Made by a program: the position numbers and the translations under genes | Source: Candidatus Latescibacterota bacterium | Lineage (GTDB): Bacteria; Latescibacterota; UBA2968; UBA8231 | Direction of reading: 5' to 3' | Assembly: GCA_965242865.1 (NCBI GenBank) | Contig: CBDETK010000013.1 | Coordinates: 4,032,001 to 4,096,000 of the forward strand | Length of the DNA: 64,000 bases | In this document: positions 21,655-30,814 of the stretch, piece after piece | Numbering within the stretch: position 1 is the first letter of the stretch | Layout: each line of letters starts with the position of its first letter | Notes under the pieces: generated by a model | Told to the model about the DNA's origin: nothing | The model's input: the letters and a program-made list of their open reading frames with translations, nothing else | The model's database searches: none

Positions 21655-24600
21655 ATGCCTAAGTTCGCGGTGAGGTGGATGGCCCTCGGCCTAATGTTGG
21701 CCAGCGCGGCCCCGGCTTGGACCGAGGTCGATTTTACCGAATTGGCGCGCACGACCCCAGTTGAGCGCGTGCAGCAGACGATGGACACTTTTGCTGGCTT
21801 GGGGTCTAGAGTGGCTGGCTATCGAGGGGCCGACCAAGCGGCCCAAATCGTGCAGGAACGCTTCCGCGCCATCGGCCTCGACGACGTCGCAGTCCACGAA
21901 TACGATGTCTCGATTCCCGTGGATAAGGGTGGGTTTTTGCAAGTCGTCGGCAGCGACCAACGAGTGCCCATCCACGGCCTCTGGCCCAACCTCGTCAAGA
22001 CCTCAACGCTGCCCGAAGGCGGGATGACCCAGCGCCTAATCGACGCCGGCGCCGGCGAGTACGCCGACATGGATGGCCAGCAAGTCGAAGGGGCCGTGGC
22101 CCTGATGGACTTCAATTCGGACGACGCTTGGCTCAATGCCGCGTACCTCGGGGCGCAGGCCATCGTCTTCATCGAGCCGGATTCCACCGTGTACTTGGAG
22201 GGCGAAAAGAAGTTTCTCACCATGCCGCTCGACCTGCCGCGGTTTTGGGTCAATCGCCAAGCCGGTCAGCTCTTGCGCCGCCAGTTGGCCACCGAGGGCG
22301 AGCAAACCCTGCACCTAGAGTACCGCATGGATTGGGAGCGGCGGCCCGCTTGGAACATCCTCGGCTCGATCCCCGGGTACGATCCTCTAATGAAAGAGGA
22401 CGTCATCGTGCTGGAGGCGTACTACGACGCCATGTCGGTCGTGCCGGCCCTCGCCCCGGGGGCCGAGCAGGCCTCCAGCATTACGGCGTTGTTGGAACTG
22501 GCGCGCTATTTCCGCGCCAACCCGCCGGCGCGCACCATCGTCTTTCTCGCCACTTCGGCCCACCACTTGGGCTTGCGCGGGGTCGATGATTTCATTCAGC
22601 GTTACCTACGCAAAGAGGACCCCTTTATCGAACACATGCTGGTCCGGCGGGTCGTCGATGCGGCCCTCGCGCAGGAGATGATCGCCCAAGACGGCATTCA
22701 CTACGCCATCGGCGAGGACAAATTCACCGGCAAGGAAGCCTTGGTGCGGGGCATTGCCGACGGGCGCACCAACTTGGCCGTGCGCGTTGCGGACGCCGCC
22801 CTCGCCGAAGGGCTGCTGGCCGAAGCCGAAGACCCGGCGCGCAGCTCGTGGGGCTTGTGGAAGAAGACCATAGAATGGGTCCGGAGGCTGCTGAGCCGCG
22901 AAGAAGGCTCCCTGCACCTCGCTGGCAAGCAATTCAAAGACCGCCATGAACTGGTCGAGCGGCTCGACGCGGACGACGACTTGCGCTTGGCCCTGTACAA
23001 GCGCTGGGCCGACCCCAAAATCGATTCGCTCGCGGTCAAGCTCTTTATCAGCCTCGACCTTTCGTCGCAGACCGACGAGCTCGGGGTGTGGAATAGCAAT
23101 ACCAGCTTTTACTACAAGCGTTACTTCGCGCCCTTCGGCAAAAACTTTATGGCCTATGCGCGCACGATCAGCCGCGAGCTGGGCTACCAGCAGCGCGATG
23201 TGCTGGTCAACGGCATCAGCCCCGAAGGCGGGATGAGCTGGCAGACCTTTGTCCCCGGCGAAATATCGGTCAACAGCGAATTGGTGTTGGCAACCGGCAC
23301 TCCGGCGTTGGCCTTTGTCACGGTCAACGACGCACGCTTCCTCGTCGATACGCCCCTAGACCGCGCCGAGCGCGTCAACCACGCCAATCTCGCCAAGCAG
23401 ATCCGGGTCTTGGCCGGCATGTTCGAGATGGCCTTTGAAGACCCCGAGCTGTTCCCAGACTTCAAGATGCGCCTGCGCGACAATCTGCGCTCGCTCCGCG
23501 GCCGGACCATGGTCTTTCCGCGCCGCAGCATCATCCCCGACCTGCCGCGGGCCGACGCCGTGGCCGTGGTGCGCAACGGCAAGAAAAAGTCGTATAAAGG
23601 CGTGCGCGGCGAGTACTACGAAGTCGTCGATGACAAGGGGGCCTTTTACGTCAATCGGGTGCGGGTCAACAACGTCCAGATCGAGGGCTACTACATGGAC
23701 CCGATCACCGGCCGCATCACCTACGCCCCGGACCGCGGTGTGCAAGGCGACGAGAGCTACCCCATGAAGGTCGCCATGGACTGGCGCGACAAGCAGTGGA
23801 TGGTCATTCTCTTCCCCTGCGTGCCTTACAACTTTTTCGACATCGTCGATCCGCGCTATCTCACCAAGCTGTCCAACGTGCAGGTCTTCGACGAGACTAA
23901 CAGCGCCCCGGTAGAATACGGTTACACCATTGGCGAAGGCCCCTCGGCCCAAAACGAGCCGGTCGGCGTGCTCTTTGCGCGGCCCGGCTCGCGCATCAAG
24001 ATGGGATTCGGCGCCGGCCTGCTCGGCTTCCGCTCGCTCCTGCTCAACGCCACCAGCGTAACCGACAAGGAAAAAGCCGAGGGCGAGGGCTTTGAGATTC
24101 GCCCCGGCACCTCCTTTGCCCGCACGACCTTCCAAGCTGCCCAAGACATGTGGAACCTCGACGAGTCGCGGATGCGCGAGTTGCGGAGCTTTGCCATTGA
24201 GAACCAGCGCCTCAACGACCTCCACTATCGGGCCGAAACCGAGTTGGACCAAGCGGCCGCGGCCGGCGCCGAGCAGCGCTGGGGCGATTTCGTGCGCCAC
24301 ACGCGCGCGGCCTTCGGCCTAGAATCGCGCGCCTATCCAGACGTCAAATCCACCCAAAACGACGTCATTCAGGGCATCATTTTCTTCATGGCCCTGGTCA
24401 TTCCCTGCGCCTTTTTCACCGAGCGGCTCCTGTTTACGGCCGCCACCATCCGCAATCAGATCATCGGGTTTGTCGGGGTTTTTGTCGCGATCTGGAGTGT
24501 GTTGTGGATGGTGCATCCGGCCTTTCAGTTGTCCAATCCCTTCGTCATTCTGCTCGCTTTTGTCATCATCGCGCTGGCCGTGCTCGTGATGTCGATCATC

Positions 24601-26481
24601 TCCGGCCGCTTCAACGAGCAGATGAAAAAGCTCCGCACCGAGGTGGCCGTGATCCACGACACGGACGTCAGCCGCTCTTCGGCCTCGCTAACGGCTTTCC
24701 AGCTCGGGATTTCCAACATGAAGCGGCGCAAGACGCGCACGGTCCTCACCTTTACCACGCTCTTGCTGCTGACCTTTACCGTCCTCTCCTTCACCTCCAT
24801 CCGCACGGGCCTGCGGTTCAATCAAATCAGCCGCGACAACGAGGGCCTCTACGAGGGCATCCTAATCCGCAGCAAGGCGTGGAACCCAATGGAGGATTCA
24901 GTCCTCGAATACGCGCGCAGCAATTTCGGCGATCGGGCCGCGGTCGCGCCGCGCAGTTGGTACAGCAACAAGGCCAAGGCGCACATCAAAATAAAAGCCG
25001 GGGAAAAAGCCCATAACGCGCTCGGCGTCTTGGGGTTGACCCCGGAGGAAACCGAGGTCACCGGGCTAGACCAAGCCCTCGTGGCCGGGCGGTGGTTCGC
25101 GCCGGGCGAGGACAAGGTCTGCATCCTGCCCATCGACATGGTCAAGGAGGCCCATCTCGACATTGATCTCGCCGAGGTCGGCCAAGCGCAGGTCCGCATC
25201 TTCGGCGACTTGTTCACGGTCGTTGGCGTCCTCGACTCCAAGCGGATGAAGGACCTCAAAGACCTCGACGACGAAATCCTGACCCCGGCCGACTTTGCCG
25301 TCACCGGCGGCCAAGCCGTGCAGGAAATCGCCGAGGAAGAAAAGCGCGAGAAGCAGGGCTTGGAGGACGCCAAGGTCGTCATCAAGCCCTTTGTCCATCT
25401 GGAGCCGGCCAACATCCTCATCGTGCCCTACCACACGCTGCGCAACGTCGGCAGCGGCAACCCCTTGCAGTCTGTGGCCGTGCGCTTTCCGGCCGGCAGC
25501 GATGTGCGCGGCGAGGTCGAGGAATTTCTCTCGCGCCTCGCGGTGACCCTGTTTGCTGGCATCAAGGAGCCCGGCGACGAATACATCAAGGTGGCGATTT
25601 ACTCATCGCTGGGGCTGACCTCCTTTTCCGGCATGAGCAACTTGTTCATTCCCATGCTGATTGCCTCGCTCATTGTGCTCAACACCATGATGGGCAGCGT
25701 GTACGAGCGCTTCCGCGAAATTGGCATCTACTCTTCGGTGGGCCTCGCCCCCGGCCATATCTCTTGGCTGTTTATCGCCGAGAGTTGCGTCTATTCGGTA
25801 TTGGGCGTCGTCGCCGGGTATCTCAGCGGCCAAGTGATCGCCAAGGTGCTCATCGAGTTCGACCTGCTGGGGGGCTTCACCCTCAACTACTCTTCCGTGG
25901 CCGCGGTGCTCTCCTGTATGCTGGTGATGGCCGTGGTCATGCTCTCGACGATTTACCCGGCGCGCAAGGCTTCGCAAATGGCCGTGCCGGACGTGACCCG
26001 CAAGTGGAAGCTGCCGCCGCCCGACGGCGACCAGTGGGATTTTGAGTTCCCCTTTACGGTGAGCGGCCACGAGGTTTTGGGCTTGAGCGTATTCCTCATC
26101 GGCTACTTTGATTCCTACAGCGAAGAGTCCATCGGCACCTTCTACACCGACGGCGCCCGACTACGCCGCGAAGAGACGCCCAACGGCGAAGGGTATCTCA
26201 TCGACATGAACATCTGGCTGGCTCCCTTCGACTTGGGCGTCAGCCAACACGTCACCGTGCGGGCCCTGCCCGAGGACGAGCACAACATCTACTCCGTCGG
26301 TCTGCAAATCAAGCGACTCAGCGGCGAGGACGCGTCGTGGCGTCGGGTCAACCAGCGCTTTATGAACGTCATCCGCAAACAGTTCCTTATATGGCGCACG
26401 GTGGATACCGAGGCCAAGGAAGGCTACCGCCAACAGGGCGCGGAAATTCTGCAAGGGCTGCGCAGCGAAGTGTCGGCGTAG
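21655..26481 (+). CDS. Giant membrane protein: M28-peptidase-like ectodomain fused to a MacB/FtsX-type permease
   Basis: Signal peptide; SRVAGY.GA, NILG, AYYD..PGAE..LLELAR..RTIVFL (M28 fold); ISNMKRRKTRTVLT TM1 and SVYERFREIGI FtsX signature. Confidence 0.8.
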   Translation: MPKFAVRWMALGLMLASAAPAWTEVDFTELARTTPVERVQQTMDTFAGLGSRVAGYRGADQAAQIVQERFRAIGLDDVAVHEYDVSIPVDKGGFLQVVGSDQRVPIHGLWPNLVKTSTLPEGGMTQRLIDAGAGEYADMDGQQVEGAVALMDFNSDDAWLNAAYLGAQAIVFIEPDSTVYLEGEKKFLTMPLDLPRFWVNRQAGQLLRRQLATEGEQTLHLEYRMDWERRPAWNILGSIPGYDPLMKEDVIVLEAYYDAMSVVPALAPGAEQASSITALLELARYFRANPPARTIVFLATSAHHLGLRGVDDFIQRYLRKEDPFIEHMLVRRVVDAALAQEMIAQDGIHYAIGEDKFTGKEALVRGIADGRTNLAVRVADAALAEGLLAEAEDPARSSWGLWKKTIEWVRRLLSREEGSLHLAGKQFKDRHELVERLDADDDLRLALYKRWADPKIDSLAVKLFISLDLSSQTDELGVWNSNTSFYYKRYFAPFGKNFMAYARTISRELGYQQRDVLVNGISPEGGMSWQTFVPGEISVNSELVLATGTPALAFVTVNDARFLVDTPLDRAERVNHANLAKQIRVLAGMFEMAFEDPELFPDFKMRLRDNLRSLRGRTMVFPRRSIIPDLPRADAVAVVRNGKKKSYKGVRGEYYEVVDDKGAFYVNRVRVNNVQIEGYYMDPITGRITYAPDRGVQGDESYPMKVAMDWRDKQWMVILFPCVPYNFFDIVDPRYLTKLSNVQVFDETNSAPVEYGYTIGEGPSAQNEPVGVLFARPGSRIKMGFGAGLLGFRSLLLNATSVTDKEKAEGEGFEIRPGTSFARTTFQAAQDMWNLDESRMRELRSFAIENQRLNDLHYRAETELDQAAAAGAEQRWGDFVRHTRAAFGLESRAYPDVKSTQNDVIQGIIFFMALVIPCAFFTERLLFTAATIRNQIIGFVGVFVAIWSVLWMVHPAFQLSNPFVILLAFVIIALAVLVMSIISGRFNEQMKKLRTEVAVIHDTDVSRSSASLTAFQLGISNMKRRKTRTVLTFTTLLLLTFTVLSFTSIRTGLRFNQISRDNEGLYEGILIRSKAWNPMEDSVLEYARSNFGDRAAVAPRSWYSNKAKAHIKIKAGEKAHNALGVLGLTPEETEVTGLDQALVAGRWFAPGEDKVCILPIDMVKEAHLDIDLAEVGQAQVRIFGDLFTVVGVLDSKRMKDLKDLDDEILTPADFAVTGGQAVQEIAEEEKREKQGLEDAKVVIKPFVHLEPANILIVPYHTLRNVGSGNPLQSVAVRFPAGSDVRGEVEEFLSRLAVTLFAGIKEPGDEYIKVAIYSSLGLTSFSGMSNLFIPMLIASLIVLNTMMGSVYERFREIGIYSSVGLAPGHISWLFIAESCVYSVLGVVAGYLSGQVIAKVLIEFDLLGGFTLNYSSVAAVLSCMLVMAVVMLSTIYPARKASQMAVPDVTRKWKLPPPDGDQWDFEFPFTVSGHEVLGLSVFLIGYFDSYSEESIGTFYTDGARLRREETPNGEGYLIDMNIWLAPFDLGVSQHVTVRALPEDEHNIYSVGLQIKRLSGEDASWRRVNQRFMNVIRKQFLIWRTVDTEAKEGYRQQGAEILQGLRSEVSA

Positions 26482-26737
26482 GTGCAGCCCAAGTAGATAG
26501 CCTAGCTGCCCGGCGGTAGCGGGTTTCTCTACAGCTCCATTTCCAGATCAACGGCTGCATGACAGCATCGGCCGACGCTCGTCGTGTGGTTCGTCCAGTT
26601 CCTTCTTTCTATGCTCAAATAGTGTGCTGAGGGGGATGCCGTCGGAGGCGCGTCCCGAACAATCGAGCGATACGCCGGGGTCTGGGGACATCCCCCGAAC
26701 TTGTGGGGCGCGTGGCAGACGCGGTGGAGGACACAAA

Positions 26738-27568
26738 ATGTGGACGTATCGAGTGATCATCATTGCGTTGTTCGCCCTATTGCGGATGGGGGATGCGTAT
26801 GCGGAAACGGAGCCAAAAGAAATCACGATTCACATCCGTGGAGAGTACAACAAGGCGGTGATTCCGGCTCTGTTGGCGGCGGCTGACGCGAAGACGACGA
26901 GGACCGGGATCGCCGAGTTGGATTCTCTTGCAGCCACTTATGGCCTGATGGGGATATATCACAAGTCTGGCTTTTATGGGTATCAGTTTCGGCTGACGTT
27001 TCCGCCGGGTGCGGATGGGGCCGCCATTGCCGGAGCTTATAGGAACGTATCCTATATACAGGCGGTCGTCGGAGAGGCCGAGAAACTCCCGGTTCTTTTA
27101 GATCATCGTACAGCGAATGGTCTCCGTTCTTTTACCATGGAAAACCCGAGATTCCGGTTGCTCGCAAAGGTGGGTGCTGGAACGGCTTCGGGAATCATTG
27201 TTACAGCCATGGCCGCTAGTGCTATAGCAAACGCGGATAACTTTATGGGAGGTCATATTTTAGCGGGATCAGTCTTCGGCTGTAGTGTCGGATTCCCGTT
27301 GGGTGTGAGCATGGTTGATCATTATGATTCTTTACTCATTACCCTACTCGGTGGTGTCATACCGCTATCGGCCGGCGCTTACTTAGTAGGACACGAGATC
27401 GAAAGTATTAGGGTACTAGGGGCAACGGCTATATTTGTCGGCCCTATTATTGGTTCGCTCTATGCTTCGGAGAAATGGCGCCAGCTTCCTCAAGCCCGCC
27501 GCGTCTCCTTCGCGTTATCCCCTACCCTCAACGGCGGCCTTTCTGCCGTAGCCCAACTGCGCTTTTGA
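26738..27568 (+). CDS. Mosaic array protein A: signal + S8-prodomain-like module + Gly-rich hydrophobic core + conserved C-terminal hairpin
   Basis: GGAGG RBS; ETEPKEITI module shared with 29205; ends RVSFALSPTLNGGLSAVAQLRF. Confidence 0.75.
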   Translation: MWTYRVIIIALFALLRMGDAYAETEPKEITIHIRGEYNKAVIPALLAAADAKTTRTGIAELDSLAATYGLMGIYHKSGFYGYQFRLTFPPGADGAAIAGAYRNVSYIQAVVGEAEKLPVLLDHRTANGLRSFTMENPRFRLLAKVGAGTASGIIVTAMAASAIANADNFMGGHILAGSVFGCSVGFPLGVSMVDHYDSLLITLLGGVIPLSAGAYLVGHEIESIRVLGATAIFVGPIIGSLYASEKWRQLPQARRVSFALSPTLNGGLSAVAQLRF

Positions 27569-27589
27569 CCTTGCAACAAGAGAAAGGCT
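27475..27589 (+). repeat. 115-bp direct repeat, copy 1 (3' end of gene plus intergenic/RBS)
   Basis: Matches 28164-28278 except one base by my alignment; diverged third copy at ~30690-30810. Confidence 0.92.
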
Positions 27590-27594
27590 CCCCG

Positions 27595-28257
27595 ATGCCC
27601 ATTGCCATTGTGCTCACTGTGCTCACATTGCTCATCGGCATGGTCTCGCCCCTTTTCGCCAACTCCCCAGCGCAGTCTCCCTACTGGACGGGTCGGCTCG
27701 AACAGGACGCGACGTGGCGCGACACGGTGTCTGTCGGCGGCGATGTGACGATTGCAGCCGCGGCGACGGTGGCTAGCGACAGTGTGCAGATGGATACTGG
27801 CCGCGCCATTGGTGGATCCAGAGAGAATCCAGATGGTCTTGGGCCGAGATTGGGGAGAACTGCCCGAAAGTTGATTTTCGGTACTCTTGGAGGCATTGCT
27901 TTAGGGATTGTGGTGGGTGCCAGTGCCAGTGGAGGCTACAGCGGTGACGCTATCGGTGGATATAACAGTGCATTGGCAGGCTTCTTTTTGGGATATGGAG
28001 CCGGAACGGTGCTTAGCGTGTACTTAAGCGATCGACAGGCTCGTTTTAGCGGGGTACTGGCTGGCGGTACGGTGGGGATATGGGTAGGTGCTAAGACGAT
28101 AAGTAAGACCGAAGTGCCCATGTTAATCTGTCCTGTTGCCTTTGCGACAATTGCGTCTGAACTATGGCGCCAGCTTCCTCAAGCCCGCCGCGTCTCCTTC
28201 GCGTTATCCCCTACCCTCAACGGCGGCCTTTCCGCCGTAGCCCAACTGCGCTTTTGA
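27595..28257 (+). CDS. Mosaic array protein B: signal + truncated beta-helix module + Gly-rich core + conserved C-terminal hairpin
   Basis: YWTGRLEQDATWRDTVSVGGDVTIAA shared with 30027 and 31470; C-terminus identical to protein A. Confidence 0.75.
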   Translation: MPIAIVLTVLTLLIGMVSPLFANSPAQSPYWTGRLEQDATWRDTVSVGGDVTIAAAATVASDSVQMDTGRAIGGSRENPDGLGPRLGRTARKLIFGTLGGIALGIVVGASASGGYSGDAIGGYNSALAGFFLGYGAGTVLSVYLSDRQARFSGVLAGGTVGIWVGAKTISKTEVPMLICPVAFATIASELWRQLPQARRVSFALSPTLNGGLSAVAQLRF

Positions 28258-28278
28258 CCTTGCAACAAGAGAAAGGCT
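28164..28278 (+). repeat. 115-bp direct repeat, copy 2
   Basis: See 27475-27589. Confidence 0.92.
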
Positions 28279-28299
28279 TGAAACAGAAAGGACTGTGAG

Positions 28300-28983
28300 A
28301 TGCGCTTTATTTTGCTGGTCTTATGGCTACTGCTCGCCCTTTGGGAGCCAGTGGCGGCTCGGACGATTCGGGTCTCAGAAAAGGAATCAGAACACGGGCA
28401 CTTGGCCTTGTTTTGGGCTCTGATAGAGGCGGCTCCGCACGATACGTTGCTCGTCGCTGCCGGGGATTATGAGGGGGGTCGCATCGATAAACCCCTGACG
28501 CTCATTGGGGCCGGAGCCGATAGCACTAGAGTGGTAAGTTGCGGCGGCGGGGGATTCGGGATAGGAGCCGAAGGGGTAACCATTGAAGGATTTTATATAC
28601 AGAGCCACTTTGATAAATGTCGTGGGGCGAGAGCTATTGTGTGTAATAATTGTTCTGCGACACTCAAGCACAACATTCTCGAAGGGTGTTACTCGGCGAT
28701 TACCACCCTTGATAATGCTCGACTAACCGTCAACTACAACCAACTAATAGGCAACTTCGCCTTTGAGATTTTCCTCTCTGACCCTCCGAGCACTATTGAC
28801 GCTCGCTTCAACTGGTGGGGGACGACGGTTGAACAGGAGATACAGGCCAAGATAGCCGCGACGATGGACCAGGTGGTGTTGGTGTATCGGCCTTGGCTGC
28901 GAGGTCCCGAGGAAATCTTCCGTGATTTCCCTACCTTTATATCCCTGCTCAGTTGGGGTCAATTGAAACAGAAAGGACGATGA
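28300..28983 (+). CDS. Secreted right-handed beta-helix (pectin-lyase-like) protein
   Basis: Signal peptide; DTLLVAAGDY..IDKPLTLIGAG..VTIEGFYI..IDARFNWWG; C-terminal SWGQLK tail. Confidence 0.75.
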   Translation: MRFILLVLWLLLALWEPVAARTIRVSEKESEHGHLALFWALIEAAPHDTLLVAAGDYEGGRIDKPLTLIGAGADSTRVVSCGGGGFGIGAEGVTIEGFYIQSHFDKCRGARAIVCNNCSATLKHNILEGCYSAITTLDNARLTVNYNQLIGNFAFEIFLSDPPSTIDARFNWWGTTVEQEIQAKIAATMDQVVLVYRPWLRGPEEIFRDFPTFISLLSWGQLKQKGR

Positions 28984-28984
28984 C

Positions 28985-29122
28985 ATGCGCTTGGTCCTCC
29001 TGCTCTTTCTGTTGGGAGTCGGCTTTGCGGCCAGCGACGCCACCGAGGCGGGCTACGTTACGGGTCTAATTGTCGTCTTTTATATGTTCTCTGGGGTCTT
29101 TCTGGGTGTTCCAGGAATGTAG
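28985..29122 (+). pseudogene. Cassette stub: signal peptide + YVTG, then unrelated sequence (45 aa)
   Basis: MRLVLLLFLLGVGFAASDATEAGYVTGLIVVF...; CTACGTTACGGGTC is identical to the start of the module in 31470. Confidence 0.5.
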
Positions 29123-29204
29123 CTTATCCTGAGCTCGGCACCAAGGTTTGTCGGCTGTCGCCATGCTGTGCTTTTAATCCCTCAATAACGGGAGGATACG
29201 CTTT

Positions 29205-29969
29205 ATGCCGCTTATGATCGTTGCTACCCTGTTCGCCATACTCATGGTAGAGGGGGCAGAAGCAGAGACGGAGCCAAAAGAAATCACGATCCGCATCCGT
29301 GGCGAGCACAAAGCGGTGATTTCGGGTCTGTTGGCGGCTGTTGACGAGGGGACGACGGTTACGGGGATCGCCGAGTTGGATTCTCTTGCAGCCACTTATG
29401 GTCTGATAGAGTATGGTACGGGTCGATCCTCTGTCTTTTATGGGTATCGGTTTCGGCTGACGTTTCCGCCGGGTGCGGATGGGGCCGCCATTGCCGGAGA
29501 TTATGGGAACGTACCCTATATACAATTGGTTCGTCAACGCGCCAATTTGGGTAAGCGAGTTACGGGTAAGTTACTCGTTGGCACTCTTACTGGTAGCGTT
29601 GTCCTTGTGGGGGTGGGTGTTCCTCTGAGAACATTGACTTCTGATAGCGTCGCTACCATCGCTTGGGTTGGCTATCCGATTGGAGTGGGGCTCGGGACCA
29701 GTTTATTGGATAGACACGATTATTATCGATCCTTGGTATTTTCAATAGGTGGCAGCTTCTTAGGGGCTGGGATTGGCCTTGCACTAATCCCCATAGATCC
29801 ATGGAGGAATCCCATCAGTGCCGTTGGGCTCATTATGATCATGCAGTCTATCACGGCCACGTTGGTGTCCGAGTTGTTTCGCAAGCCCCCAGAGTCTGAC
29901 CGCTTCTCGGTAGGTCTGGTGCCAGACATCGGAGGGAACTGGTCGGCCGTAGCTACCCTGCGGTTTTGA
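29205..29969 (+). CDS. Mosaic array protein E: signal + S8-prodomain-like module + Gly-rich core + C-terminal hairpin
   Basis: GGAGG RBS; N-module DNA 29265-29524 similar to 26804-27060; ends RFSVGLVPDIGGNWSAVATLRF. Confidence 0.75.
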   Translation: MPLMIVATLFAILMVEGAEAETEPKEITIRIRGEHKAVISGLLAAVDEGTTVTGIAELDSLAATYGLIEYGTGRSSVFYGYRFRLTFPPGADGAAIAGDYGNVPYIQLVRQRANLGKRVTGKLLVGTLTGSVVLVGVGVPLRTLTSDSVATIAWVGYPIGVGLGTSLLDRHDYYRSLVFSIGGSFLGAGIGLALIPIDPWRNPISAVGLIMIMQSITATLVSELFRKPPESDRFSVGLVPDIGGNWSAVATLRF

Positions 29970-30026
29970 ACCGAGCCGCAAGATAGGCTCTAAACACCTA
30001 ACTGTTGGAAAGTCAACGTCTCACGG

Positions 30027-30788
30027 ATGGAGAGTACAAAGATAAAATATAGCCGACACACATGGCACTCTATCCAATATCGGCGGTATCGAGTGCTGTG
30101 GTTTGTCTTGATCCTGCTGGGAATTGGCTCTGCGGCCGAGGCCAGTGCTCCGGTTCCCTCGCGGTCCTACTGGACGGGTCGGATCAAACAGGCCACCACG
30201 TGGCGCGACACGGTGTATGTCGGCGGCGACGCGACCAAGCGGGGTGGGCGCGTCATGGTGGACTCGACTGGTGATTCAGGAAGCGGCGCGATGTCGGATA
30301 GTCTTGCGGAGAGTAAGAGTAATATGAGTACTGGTAAGCGAGTTGCTCTCAAGTTAATCGCTGGTACTCTTGGGGGAGTGGTAGGATTCGCGATGGTCAT
30401 CTCCAGCTTACCTTGCTTTCCCGACGACTATCCAGACGGTTACGATCCCATCTTTTGTAAATCAGCAGAAGCAGCTCTTCGATACGGCTATCCGGTCGGA
30501 ATTGCTATTGGTGTCAGTTTGGTTGGTCCACGCGACCGCCCTATCACATCCTTCATCAGGCCCCTAGTCCTATCCCTAGGCGGCAGTGCAGTAGGATTAA
30601 TCGGAGGTATTTGGTTGACAAATGTTGATAGCGAGGTGTTCTGGCCATCCATCCCTGTCTTTCCTATCGTCGGTGCGACGCTGGCGTCTGAACTATGGTG
30701 CCAGCCTCCTCAAGACCGCCGCTTCTTTTTCTTTTTAGCTCCCACCCTCAACGGCGGCCTCTCCGCCGTTACCACGTTACGCTTTTGA
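30027..30788 (+). CDS. Mosaic array protein F: signal + internally deleted beta-helix module + Gly-rich core + C-terminal hairpin
   Basis: YWTGRIKQATTWRDTVYVGGD joined directly to KRGG; ends LAPTLNGGLSAVTTLRF; start uncertain. Confidence 0.7.
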   Translation: MESTKIKYSRHTWHSIQYRRYRVLWFVLILLGIGSAAEASAPVPSRSYWTGRIKQATTWRDTVYVGGDATKRGGRVMVDSTGDSGSGAMSDSLAESKSNMSTGKRVALKLIAGTLGGVVGFAMVISSLPCFPDDYPDGYDPIFCKSAEAALRYGYPVGIAIGVSLVGPRDRPITSFIRPLVLSLGGSAVGLIGGIWLTNVDSEVFWPSIPVFPIVGATLASELWCQPPQDRRFFFFLAPTLNGGLSAVTTLRF

Positions 30789-30814
30789 CCCTTCAATGAG
30801 AGAAAGACTCCCCT

